A DNA stretch of 64,000 bases from Muribaculaceae bacterium. GTDB taxonomy: Bacteria > Bacteroidota > Bacteroidia > Bacteroidales > Muribaculaceae. The stretch covers positions 31,384-95,383 of the forward strand of contig JAZTZO010000045.1 in NCBI GenBank assembly GCA_045637505.1, given 5' to 3'. Numbering within the stretch: the stretch's first letter is position 1; every line of letters starts with the position of its first letter. Shown piece after piece: positions 43,599 through 52,506 of the stretch. The notes below the pieces were generated by a model, which did not search any database, was not told the DNA's origin, and saw only the letters and a program-made list of their open reading frames with translations. Made by a program: the position numbers and the translations under genes.

Positions 43599-44558
43599 TT
43601 ATAAAATTCTACCTCGCTTAATAGTACACAATATTTTCCAATGTTTAGTAGTCAGGCTTTGGTAAAGACGGTCTTTCCTCTTTCTAAAGGGATAGTCGTG
43701 AGGCAATGTCTTTGCAAAATCGCGATATTCCATGCATAGCGCCTTTTCTTTTTTAGTTTTGGCCATTTTCACCATCTTTGCGATGCATTTAAATAGCGCA
43801 AGGGCAGGTCGCATGCCCAGTTTTATTTGGTTGTGGTGGGAGTAATTGTGAGCGATATATATCAATTTATCCCTATCGGCACGGGCATGATTTTCGGCCT
43901 TTTGGAAGTTCATAGTGTGAACGATACTACCTTGTCGGCGAAGGTATATGTAGAACGCTTTATTGATGTGTCCACATTTTTTTGATGCCAATATCAAACG
44001 CCATATCGTTGCTACATCTTCAAAGTACACCCCTTCGGGAAATTCTATCCCATCAAAAAGCGATTTACGACAAAGTAGTGTGCACACCGAGTTGGGTATT
44101 TTATTCTCAAAACATCGTTTTAAGAACTCATCAGAGGGGTACACTTTTGCCGTCCCATTGGAGTTATATACATGTCGATCTTTGCGATAGGCATAGCGTT
44201 TGAGTAGGTGGCAAGTAACCATGTCAAGGTCGTTGGCTTGGGCATGAGCAAGCATTTCGCTATACATTTCGGGAGCAATAGTGTCGTCGCCATCAACAAA
44301 TGCAACATAGGGAGATGTTGCGGCTTCGATACCTTTGTTTCTCACATAAGAGATGCCCCCACGGTCGAGTTTGACAACTTTTATGCGACTGTCCTGTTTG
44401 GCCAATTCTAAACATATTTCATAAGAAGAGTCGGTCGACATGTTCTCTACCAATATTATTTCAATATCGGTCAGCGATTGTTGGATAACAGATTCCACGC
44501 ATTTGCGCAGATATTTCTCAACATTGTGAACGGGGATGATGACACTAACTTTGCTCAT
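43599..44558 (-). CDS. Glycosyltransferase family 2
   Basis: VSVIIPVHNVEKYLRKCVESV and a DGDD acidic motif (FVDGDD). Confidence 0.85.
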   Translation of the reverse strand: MSKVSVIIPVHNVEKYLRKCVESVIQQSLTDIEIILVENMSTDSSYEICLELAKQDSRIKVVKLDRGGISYVRNKGIEAATSPYVAFVDGDDTIAPEMYSEMLAHAQANDLDMVTCHLLKRYAYRKDRHVYNSNGTAKVYPSDEFLKRCFENKIPNSVCTLLCRKSLFDGIEFPEGVYFEDVATIWRLILASKKCGHINKAFYIYLRRQGSIVHTMNFQKAENHARADRDKLIYIAHNYSHHNQIKLGMRPALALFKCIAKMVKMAKTKKEKALCMEYRDFAKTLPHDYPFRKRKDRLYQSLTTKHWKILCTIKRGRIL

Positions 44559-44648
44559 GAAACGAGTGTGAATAAACCATTTTTAAAATAAATTGCAAAA
44601 TAATAGTATTTCTATATCTTCTGCAAGTGTTTTCCCAAAAACATGTGT

Positions 44649-44656
44649 TATCTTTG
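44649..44656 (+). promoter_or_regulatory. Candidate -7 box TATCTTTG
   Basis: Exact match 25 nt upstream of the ATG at 44681. Confidence 0.4.
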
Positions 44657-44680
44657 TAATATATTTATATAAAGAAGGTA

Positions 44681-45559
44681 ATGGATGTTGTAATAACATA
44701 TGTAGATGGTCTTGACCCCGTGTGGCAAAAAGATTATGAGCAATTTACCAATACCCCAATCATGCAAAAACGATTTCGTAATTGGGGTTTTTTGCCATAT
44801 TTGCTACGTGGAGTAGAGGAAAATATGCCGTTTATAAGAAAAATCCACTTAGTAGTGTCGCATGAGTCGCAAGTGCCTCAATGGGTCAATCGCAATGAGG
44901 TGAATGTGGTGCTACACAAGGATATTATTCCAGCCGACCTTTTACCTACATTTAATAGTAATGTGATAGAGATGCACCTTCATCGCATACACGATATAGA
45001 TGAAGAGTATCTCTATTTTAATGATGATATGTTTCCAGTGGGGAAATGCATGCCCGAGGATTTCTTCCGTCAAGGCAAGGGGGTGATAGGCATGTCGCGA
45101 CACATCTTGGCCTCGGGAATGTTTAAAAAGATATGTCGCAACTCCGATGCCATGGCACGCCGTGCATTGCGACGCAAGCGCTCGTGTGTTTTCCTGCGTC
45201 CGCAACACATATGTTCTCCTATGTTGCGTAGTGAGTGTGAACAAGTGTATGAGGCGATGCGTGACGAAATTTTTGCAACGCTCTCACGCACTCGCACCGA
45301 GAAAAATGTGACACAATATCTATTTCTTGACTATATGTATCTTCAAGGAAAGATTATTAATGAACGCATATCTAAAGGGCATTACTCGGTGGCAATCGCT
45401 TCGAGCAAATCGATATGTCGAGCCATTGAGCATCCACGCCGCAAATTGATATGTATCAATGATGTGAAGATTAGTGATGAGCGTTATGCTACAATGCACC
45501 ACTCAATACACGAAGCTTTTCAAAATAGATTTCCTCGCAAATCAAAATATGAGAATTAA
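44681..45559 (+). CDS. Stealth-family protein, divergent CR2
   Basis: CR1 is MDVVITYVDGLDPVWQKD. The CR2 position reads KIHLVVSHESQVPQWV (TD replaced by SH). These are followed by YFNDDMFPV and ICINDV. Confidence 0.7.
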   Translation: MDVVITYVDGLDPVWQKDYEQFTNTPIMQKRFRNWGFLPYLLRGVEENMPFIRKIHLVVSHESQVPQWVNRNEVNVVLHKDIIPADLLPTFNSNVIEMHLHRIHDIDEEYLYFNDDMFPVGKCMPEDFFRQGKGVIGMSRHILASGMFKKICRNSDAMARRALRRKRSCVFLRPQHICSPMLRSECEQVYEAMRDEIFATLSRTRTEKNVTQYLFLDYMYLQGKIINERISKGHYSVAIASSKSICRAIEHPRRKLICINDVKISDERYATMHHSIHEAFQNRFPRKSKYEN

Positions 45560-45573
45560 TATATCCTATATTT

Positions 45574-46566
45574 ATGGTTAATGATAAGATAGATGCGGTA
45601 ATAACATGGGTAGATGGGAATGACCCTGCACACCAGGCCAAACGTGCTAAATTTCTTACACACAAGCGCGAGAACACCTTGAAAGATGTGGCAGGTGAAA
45701 CTCGATTTAATCAAGTGGGAGAAATCTATTGTTGTATAGCGTCTATTTTGCGGTTTGCTCCATGGATAAATAAAATATATATTGTCACCGACAATCAAGA
45801 CCCTCATGTAGAGGATTATATCAATAAATATTTCCCCGAAAACAAAATCCCTGTGGAGGTTGTTGATCACAAGGTGATTTTTGAAGGTTATGAGAAATAT
45901 TTGCCCACATTCAACTCGTTGTCAATCACCTCAGTATTGTGGCGCATACCCAATTTGAGCGAGAGATTTATACTTTTCAATGATGATGTGATGCTTCAAC
46001 GTCCGGTGAGCCCCAAGGACTTTTATGACAATGACAAGATAGTGCTTTATGGTCGCAAGTGGGTTTCTACGGCCGAAACTCGAGCATCTCTTGTGTTGCA
46101 AACATTTGTGCGTCGCATTGTAGGAAAAAAGCAGTTGCTTTCGTTTAAGAAATTTATGTATAACGCAGCACGAGTGGCTCATGCTTCGCATTTTGTGCGT
46201 TTAGGTCACACTCCTCATGCGTTTTTCAAAAGTGTGTTTAGTGATTTCTTTTCAACACATTCTCAATGCTTGGAAAACAACATTTGTCATCGTTTTCGCA
46301 ATAAGGAACAGTATAGTTCGGCCGAACTACATCATTTGCTTGCCACAAAACAAGGTCGTGCAGTGACAGAGTTGCGTAGCAAGAGCGTGGCAACATTATC
46401 GCCCTATATGTATGATATAGAGGGATTGAAGGCCGAGTTGAAAAAGATAAAGGAGGATACTCAAATATTATTTTTCTGCGTAAATTCACTCGACCAAGCT
46501 TCGCCCGAGCATATTGAGGTGGTAAATGCTTGGATGCACGATATGATTTCGTTGAAGGTAGATTAA
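45574..46566 (+). CDS. Stealth-family sugar-phosphate transferase
   Basis: CR1 is IDAVITWVDGNDPAHQAK and CR2 is KIYIVTDNQDPHV, followed by LFNDDVMLQRPV. Confidence 0.75.
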   Translation: MVNDKIDAVITWVDGNDPAHQAKRAKFLTHKRENTLKDVAGETRFNQVGEIYCCIASILRFAPWINKIYIVTDNQDPHVEDYINKYFPENKIPVEVVDHKVIFEGYEKYLPTFNSLSITSVLWRIPNLSERFILFNDDVMLQRPVSPKDFYDNDKIVLYGRKWVSTAETRASLVLQTFVRRIVGKKQLLSFKKFMYNAARVAHASHFVRLGHTPHAFFKSVFSDFFSTHSQCLENNICHRFRNKEQYSSAELHHLLATKQGRAVTELRSKSVATLSPYMYDIEGLKAELKKIKEDTQILFFCVNSLDQASPEHIEVVNAWMHDMISLKVD

Positions 46567-46591
46567 TAATGGGATAAAACAGCATAAACAA

Positions 46592-46623
46592 AGAGAGGTG
46601 CGTCAATATCGACACACCTCTCT
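46592..46623. terminator. Bidirectional terminator between convergent genes
   Basis: agagaggtgcgtc-aatat-c-gacacacctctct (one mismatch). Confidence 0.55.
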
Positions 46624-46650
46624 ACTATTATATAGAAGGGAAAAATTTGA

Positions 46651-47469
46651 TTAATATTGTTCTTTTTCGTTGGGGAAGTCGCTTGTTTTTACATCGTCGA
46701 TATAGTGAGCAACGGCATCGTTGATGATGGTTGAAAGGTCGGCATAGCGACGAAGGAATCGTGGAGAGAAACCTTTGTTGATACCCAACATGTCGTGCAT
46801 CACAAGCACTTGGCCATCAACGCCACCACCTGCGCCTATACCTATCACAGGGATATTTACTTCTTGAGCTACGCGTGTAGCCAATGAAGCAGGGATTTTT
46901 TCGAGCACGAGGGCAAAACAGCCTATTTCTTCAAGCATTTTAGCGTCTTCGATGAGTTTGTTGGCTTCGGCTTCTTCTTTGGCACGCACAGCATATGTAC
47001 CAAATTTATTTATTGATTGGGGAGTGAGCCCAAGGTGTCCCATCACAGGGATGCCTGCACAAAGCACACGCTCTATTGATTCACGAATTTCGCTACCACC
47101 TTCCATTTTAACCGCTTCGGCATGGCTCTCTTTCATGATGCGAACTGCCGAGGCAAGCGCTTCTTTAGAGTTACCTTGATAGCTACCAAAGGGGATGTCG
47201 CACACTACAAGTGCACGTTTTACGGCTTTAACTACACTCTTGGCGTGATAAATCATTTGATCGAGAGTGATGGGTAGAGTGGTCATGTTGCCAGCCATCA
47301 CATTTGAAGCAGAGTCGCCTACAAGGATTACATCCATGCCTGCTTCATCGATGAGTTTTGCCATTGAATAGTCGTAGGCAGTGAGCATAGCAATTTTTTC
47401 GCCACGTTGTTTCATCTCAATGAGACGATGAGTGGTCACTTTGCGTTGGTCTTGTAAATAGTTAGCCAT
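46651..47469 (-). CDS. panB: 3-methyl-2-oxobutanoate hydroxymethyltransferase
   Basis: Full-length PanB pattern ([36 protein letters not shown]). Confidence 0.95.
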   Translation of the reverse strand: MANYLQDQRKVTTHRLIEMKQRGEKIAMLTAYDYSMAKLIDEAGMDVILVGDSASNVMAGNMTTLPITLDQMIYHAKSVVKAVKRALVVCDIPFGSYQGNSKEALASAVRIMKESHAEAVKMEGGSEIRESIERVLCAGIPVMGHLGLTPQSINKFGTYAVRAKEEAEANKLIEDAKMLEEIGCFALVLEKIPASLATRVAQEVNIPVIGIGAGGGVDGQVLVMHDMLGINKGFSPRFLRRYADLSTIINDAVAHYIDDVKTSDFPNEKEQY

Positions 47470-47495
47470 TAAAAAGTTTTTTTAATTCAACGATG

Positions 47496-47503
47496 CAAAA
47501 TTA
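47496..47503 (-). promoter_or_regulatory. Candidate -7 box TAATTTTG for panB
   Basis: The plus strand reads caaaatta, 27 nt upstream of the ATG at 47469. Confidence 0.4.
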
Positions 47504-47559
47504 CATAAAATATCGTGGATATTATATTTTTTATTTGCCTATTTTATAAATAAGGTATC

Positions 47560-48159
47560 CTATAGTGGATGTGCGATAGTTACGCAACGAGAGGGAGATG
47601 ATGCAATGATGTGAAACAAAAATTGACATTCTCCGTTTGGAGTTTTGACGATGGCAATGTTATTGTTGACATCGGTGGGGAGTATGATATCGTCGGCAAG
47701 AGATATTCCTGGTGCTTGAGCCACTTTATAAAGTGCCTCTTTGATGGTCCATGCTTGGAGCATGAGTTGTGGGGTGGAATATATATCTAATTCTTGCAGA
47801 GAGAGAAAGCGATTTTTTACTTTTATGAGTTGATCGCGCCAATTTTCAATATCGATGCCTATGGGGCAATGAGGGTTGATAGCAACAGCTATTTCGGTGG
47901 CGCTATGTGAAATTGAGATATATCCTTCAATACCCACTAATATTGGCGCACCGTTTTCATCGTGAGCAATAGATACATTCTCGCCCATAATATTTTTTAT
48001 TAAAAGGTGAGATGCCACGATTTCGCGTTTACGACGAGGCGAATTGGTTTCCTCAACCTTGTCTCTTATCGATTGAGAGCATAGCGACATCAATGACTCA
48101 ATCTCGTAGGGCAAATGCTTTATATATATATGTGTATTGTCCTTTATGATTGAGGTCAT
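47560..48159 (-). CDS. 4'-phosphopantetheinyl transferase (Sfp-type)
   Basis: ENGAPIL...ISISHSATEIAVAI, PIGIDIE and AWTIKEALYK motifs. Confidence 0.75.
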   Translation of the reverse strand: MTSIIKDNTHIYIKHLPYEIESLMSLCSQSIRDKVEETNSPRRKREIVASHLLIKNIMGENVSIAHDENGAPILVGIEGYISISHSATEIAVAINPHCPIGIDIENWRDQLIKVKNRFLSLQELDIYSTPQLMLQAWTIKEALYKVAQAPGISLADDIILPTDVNNNIAIVKTPNGECQFLFHIIASSPSRCVTIAHPL

Positions 48160-48794
48160 GGCTTGTTGATGGTTTTGAGTGAGTGAATCAAGTCGCGTTT
48201 TAATACATTGATTATTGGGCGAATAGAGTCAATGTTGGTCGATTTATTGTTGTTGAGGTATAATGCCCCCGATACTACCCACGATTGATTGTTGGTTGAA
48301 ATGAATTGCAATGGGGTGACATTGCTTTGCTCGGTAACGAGAATGTGGGAGAGGAAATCATTTGCGTTTGTTAACTCGATTAACTCCGAGGTGTGGTTGC
48401 CAGCATTAAGCGCCATTCTTTCTTCACGATTATTGATTACCTCGGCTATTGACGAGGGGCTTACGGGCGTAAATGTGCAATGAAATGTGGCATTATATGG
48501 TTGGTAAAATATATTAATCCATCGTGCACCTTTTCCCTCTTTATCGTTTTTGACAATAGAGTCGAGCGAAATTTGAGCCACCGAACTGATTTCAAAGTGA
48601 ATGGGGCTATTTTTTAAAGCAACAAAGGCGGAGTCGTGAGTATTTATGCGAGGGTAGGCCTTTTGTCGAGGAGTGCTTGGGGGAGTATTGGAACAGTCAC
48701 ACAACACTATCGAGCACAAAAATGCTAATAGCCAAATGGGTAGCATTGCTATAAACGCAACGAGAGTGGGGTGCTTGCGAGAAGTTTTGTTCAT
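48156..48794 (-). CDS. gldD: GldD-like lipoprotein
   Basis: The lipobox region is LLAFLCSIVLCDCS and is followed by KAYPRINTHDS, as in GldD N-termini. It lies directly downstream of the GldE-like gene. Motif-level recognition only. Confidence 0.5.
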   Translation of the reverse strand: MNKTSRKHPTLVAFIAMLPIWLLAFLCSIVLCDCSNTPPSTPRQKAYPRINTHDSAFVALKNSPIHFEISSVAQISLDSIVKNDKEGKGARWINIFYQPYNATFHCTFTPVSPSSIAEVINNREERMALNAGNHTSELIELTNANDFLSHILVTEQSNVTPLQFISTNNQSWVVSGALYLNNNKSTNIDSIRPIINVLKRDLIHSLKTINKP

Positions 48795-48810
48795 GAGGGA
48801 ATTGAGAGGT

Positions 48811-50133
48811 TTAAACTTGATTTTCGGGCATAACTTTCACTCTCACACTTGTGATGCGATGGTGATTAATCTCGAGAATCAAGAAACGACAACGGCCATA
48901 TACCAGTGGTTCTTTCTTTTTGGGGAAGTCACCTTTAAGGGTTAACAACATGCCTGCAAGACTTTCAGAGTCTTCGGTAATTTCGGCATAGTCATCTTCG
49001 TTGAGGTCGGTGATTTTAAAGAAGTCGGTGAGGAGAGTTTTTCCTTCAAAAATATATGTATCATCGGGAAGGCGTTGGTAGTTAACCTCCTCTTCGTCGT
49101 ATTCATCATTGATGTCGCCAACAATCTCTTCAAGAACATCTTCGAGTGTTACAATCCCCTGTGTGCCACCAAATTCATCAACAACGATGGCTAAGTGAAT
49201 TTTAAGTTTTCTGAAGTCCTCAAGAAGGTCGTCGATCATGCGTGATTCGGGAACAAAATAAGGTTCCCTAATGAGTGATTGCCAATTGAAATTCTCAATA
49301 TTTTTGCCAATGTAGGGCAAAAGGTCGCGACTATATAGCACACCTTTTATATTGTCTTGAGTTTCTTCATATACAGGGAGTCGAGAATATCCACTCGAGA
49401 TGACGATTTTCATTACTTCGTCGAAGGTTGAGTCTATTTCAATATCGGTGATGTCAACACGAGGAGTCATGATTTCTTCAACTGTTTTGTCGCCAAATTT
49501 CAAAATTCCTTCGAGCATCTCTTTTTCTTCTTCGGCAGCAACATCGGTTATTTCAAGAGCCTGGCTCAATTCGTCAGCCGATATGTTTTGAGTTTTTTTG
49601 GTAACTACTTTGTTGACAATTATCGAGCTACACATCAACAGCGAAGATAGTGGCTTGAATAATTTTGTGAGGAACGAAATTCCGCTTGTGGCAAATTTGG
49701 CCCACTTTAATTCATTACTATTGGCATATAGTTTGGGGAGAATTTCGCCAAAAAGCAAGATGAGGAATGTGAGTATTACAGTTTGCAAAATGAAACTTAA
49801 TACTTCGGGCATATTCTGAAATATAGGTCCTAACGCAAAGTTGCAAAGTATAACGATTGTGACGTTAACCGTGTTGTTCGCAATCAATATGGTTGCGAGG
49901 AGGCGTTCGGGTACAGAAAGTAATTTCTTGAGAGCTTTGCCTTTAGGGGTGTCTTCAATTTCTTCAAGTTGGGCTGGCGTTAGCGAGAAGAAGGCAATTT
50001 CACTACCTGAAATAAAACCTGAAATAAGTAGAGCTAAAGCAGCAATTGATAGGGCTATGATTTGAGATATCCCAAAATCAATAGTTGTAATTTGAGCCAA
50101 CATCTGCGTGGCTGGTAACGGGTCTATATCCAA
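48811..50133 (-). CDS. gldE: GldE-like CNNM/DUF21 - CBS pair - CorC_HlyC membrane protein
   Basis: Four N-terminal TM segments (SGSEIAFFSL), a CBS pair (EIMTPRVD..., VVDEFGGTQGIVTLEDVLEEIVGDI) and a C-terminal CorC domain. Confidence 0.8.
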   Translation of the reverse strand: MDIDPLPATQMLAQITTIDFGISQIIALSIAALALLISGFISGSEIAFFSLTPAQLEEIEDTPKGKALKKLLSVPERLLATILIANNTVNVTIVILCNFALGPIFQNMPEVLSFILQTVILTFLILLFGEILPKLYANSNELKWAKFATSGISFLTKLFKPLSSLLMCSSIIVNKVVTKKTQNISADELSQALEITDVAAEEEKEMLEGILKFGDKTVEEIMTPRVDITDIEIDSTFDEVMKIVISSGYSRLPVYEETQDNIKGVLYSRDLLPYIGKNIENFNWQSLIREPYFVPESRMIDDLLEDFRKLKIHLAIVVDEFGGTQGIVTLEDVLEEIVGDINDEYDEEEVNYQRLPDDTYIFEGKTLLTDFFKITDLNEDDYAEITEDSESLAGMLLTLKGDFPKKKEPLVYGRCRFLILEINHHRITSVRVKVMPENQV

Positions 50134-50184
50134 AATAAATGATATTAGTTAAACAATATATAGCCTCATGGCTATTTGATAGTG

Positions 50185-50192
50185 CAAAATTA
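50185..50192 (-). promoter_or_regulatory. Candidate -7 box TAATTTTG for the gldE operon
   Basis: The plus strand reads caaaatta, 52 nt upstream of the ATG at 50133. Confidence 0.3.
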
Positions 50193-50318
50193 ATCAAAGT
50201 TTCTGAATTGTGCGAATATTCTTGCTATTTAGTTGGTATTATTATAATTTTGTTAGTTGAAATAGATTTTATTTTATCTGTTTTTTAAGCGTTGTATTAA
50301 AATTCAAATCATGATATT

Positions 50319-51011
50319 ATGAAAAAGAAATTGGTTATTTCTACTGGGGCTGGTATCAGCGCCGAGAGTGGGCTCTCTACGTTTAGAGATGCAAATGGTT
50401 TATGGGAGCAGTATCCTGTGATGGAAGTGGCAAGTGCCGATGGTTTTGCTCGCAATCCAGCATTGGTGCATGAATTTTATAATGCTCGTCGCAAGCAATT
50501 ACTTGAGGTTGAGCCCAATGACGCTCACCGAGGACTGGTTGATCTCGAAGAGGATTTTGATGTGAGAATTATAACTCAAAATGTCGATGACTTGCACGAG
50601 CGTGCAGGTAGCAAAAATGTGTTACATCTTCATGGCGAATTGATGAAAATAAGGTCAATGAAAGATGAATCGCGAGTGTATGAGTTGACTGCCGATAACA
50701 TCGAAACATCGATTGAAACTCGCGATAAATATGGCGATGCAGTGCGCCCTCATATCGTGTTTTTTCAAGAGGCTGTGCCCAATATTGAGCCAGCAATCGA
50801 CTTGGTGCAAGAGGCTGATATATTTGTGGTTATAGGCACATCTCTAAATGTGTATCCAGCAGCAGGGTTGTTGCAATATGTGCGTCGAGGAATACCGGTA
50901 TATTATATTGATTTGCATCCGGCTTCTGTGCCTGCTGGAGTTGAGGTTTTGGCCATGACAGCGACTCAAGGAGTTGAAAAATTGAAGGCCTTATTAAGAG
51001 CGAAATGTTAA
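50319..51011 (+). CDS. cobB: NAD-dependent protein deacylase (Sir2 family)
   Basis: GAGISAESGLSTFRDANGLW, QNVDDLHERAG, HG..., GTSLNVYPAA. Confidence 0.9.
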   Translation: MKKKLVISTGAGISAESGLSTFRDANGLWEQYPVMEVASADGFARNPALVHEFYNARRKQLLEVEPNDAHRGLVDLEEDFDVRIITQNVDDLHERAGSKNVLHLHGELMKIRSMKDESRVYELTADNIETSIETRDKYGDAVRPHIVFFQEAVPNIEPAIDLVQEADIFVVIGTSLNVYPAAGLLQYVRRGIPVYYIDLHPASVPAGVEVLAMTATQGVEKLKALLRAKC

Positions 51012-51034
51012 ATATATACAAATTTGCAAATGTA

Positions 51035-51066
51035 AACGTCGGGACTTGTCTCGGCGTTTATTTTTA
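51035..51066 (+). terminator. Rho-independent terminator after cobB
   Basis: aacgtcggga-cttg-tctcggcgtt (two G-U pairs), then tatttttatt. Confidence 0.6.
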
Positions 51067-51236
51067 TTGCGTTAGTAATTAGATGATTACGTAAAATGTT
51101 GATAACTTTTTTGAAAAAAATGCAAATATAGTAAAATTTGAATATGTAAATTTTGAATAAAAATTTGTAACTTTACAACGTTAAAATGAAAAAGCTATAA
51201 AATAACAAACAACGGTTTAAAAGTTACTAACTCACA

Positions 51237-52145
51237 ATGTCGCAAGAAGTTTATCACATTCCGGCACTTTTGCCCGAAACATTAGAGGCATTAGATATAA
51301 AATCTAATGGCACATATGTTGATGTTACCTTTGGCGGAGGAGGGCATTCGCGTGCTATAGTGGAGAAACTCGATGAAGAGGGGCATCTATACTCGTTTGA
51401 CCAAGATGAAGACGCAGTTAAAAGAGCCTTTGAAGATTCGCGATTTACGATTGTATATAGCAACTTCCGTTTTTTGTCAAACTTTTTGCGCTATCACAAA
51501 GTTGAAGGAGTAGATGGCATATTGGCCGACTTGGGTGTGTCGTTTCATCACTTTGATGATAAGGACCGTGGCTTTTCATTTAGATTTGAAGGGCAATTGG
51601 ATATGCGCATGAACCAAAAAGCAAAGCGCACTGCTGCCTGGATTTTAAATAACTATAGCGAAGAGCAACTTGCCGATGTGTTTTATCTTTATGGCGAATT
51701 GAAAAACGCGCGCAAAATAGCGTCGGTGATATGTAAAGCTCGTAGTCAGTCATCAATTGACACCGTGGAGCGATTGCTTGAGGTAACCAAACCACTCATT
51801 AACCCTCGTCAAGAGAAAAAAGAATTGGCAATGTTGTTTCAAGCGTTGCGCATTGAGGTAAATGGCGAGATTGATGTGTTGAAAAAGTTTCTTCAACAAG
51901 CATTGGATTCACTCAACCCTGGTGGACGATTAGTGATAATAACATATCATTCGTTGGAAGATCGATTGGTGAAAAACTTTATGCGTTCGGGAAATTTGAA
52001 AGGTGAAACCGAGAAAGATTTCTTTGGTCGCAATTTGTCACCATTTAAGTTGTTGACATCTAAACCTATTGTCCCATCGGCACAAGAAGTAGAGCGTAAT
52101 CCACGTTCGCGAAGTGCCAAATTAAGAGTTGCTCAAAAGTTGTAA
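51237..52145 (+). CDS. rsmH: 16S rRNA (cytosine1402-N4)-methyltransferase
   Basis: HIPALL, VDVTFGGGGHS, DLGVSFHHFD, RSRSAKLR. Confidence 0.95.
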   Translation: MSQEVYHIPALLPETLEALDIKSNGTYVDVTFGGGGHSRAIVEKLDEEGHLYSFDQDEDAVKRAFEDSRFTIVYSNFRFLSNFLRYHKVEGVDGILADLGVSFHHFDDKDRGFSFRFEGQLDMRMNQKAKRTAAWILNNYSEEQLADVFYLYGELKNARKIASVICKARSQSSIDTVERLLEVTKPLINPRQEKKELAMLFQALRIEVNGEIDVLKKFLQQALDSLNPGGRLVIITYHSLEDRLVKNFMRSGNLKGETEKDFFGRNLSPFKLLTSKPIVPSAQEVERNPRSRSAKLRVAQKL

Positions 52146-52152
52146 ATATAAA

Positions 52153-52506
52153 ATGAAAACACATATGGCTGAAGAAACAACCGAAAAGAAAAAAAATTGG
52201 TTTTGGCGCATAATCCATGGCCAATTGTTGACAATAGACTTTTTTGCGCGTCACTGGCTCAAGATCCTCGTGTGTGTGATAATGATTCTTGTGTATATTT
52301 CAAACAAATATCAATGTCAAACACGTATGCTTGAAATAGATAAATTGAAAAAAGAACTTGAAATAGTGAAGAATCAATGCATCTCGGAACGCAGTATCTA
52401 TATGGGAAAAATACGCGAATCGGCAATGCAAGAGATGGTCGATTCACTTAATTTGCAATTGAAAAAACAAGAACAACCACCTTTTAAAATATCTTATTCA
52501 GAATGA
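52153..52506 (+). CDS. ftsL: FtsL-like cell division protein
   Basis: Single TM segment (WLKILVCVIMILVYISN) followed by a coiled-coil (LEIDKLKKELEIVKNQ). It lies between rsmH and ftsI. The start is ambiguous (52129 or 52153). Confidence 0.6.
   Translation: MKTHMAEETTEKKKNWFWRIIHGQLLTIDFFARHWLKILVCVIMILVYISNKYQCQTRMLEIDKLKKELEIVKNQCISERSIYMGKIRESAMQEMVDSLNLQLKKQEQPPFKISYSE

Noticed and set aside
50319-51011. Sir2 protein as a Thoeris/DSR-type anti-phage effector
   Set aside because: It is a 230-aa stand-alone CobB-type deacylase with complete NAD and substrate motifs, its own terminator, and no ThsB/TIR or other partner or extra domain. It is a housekeeping enzyme.
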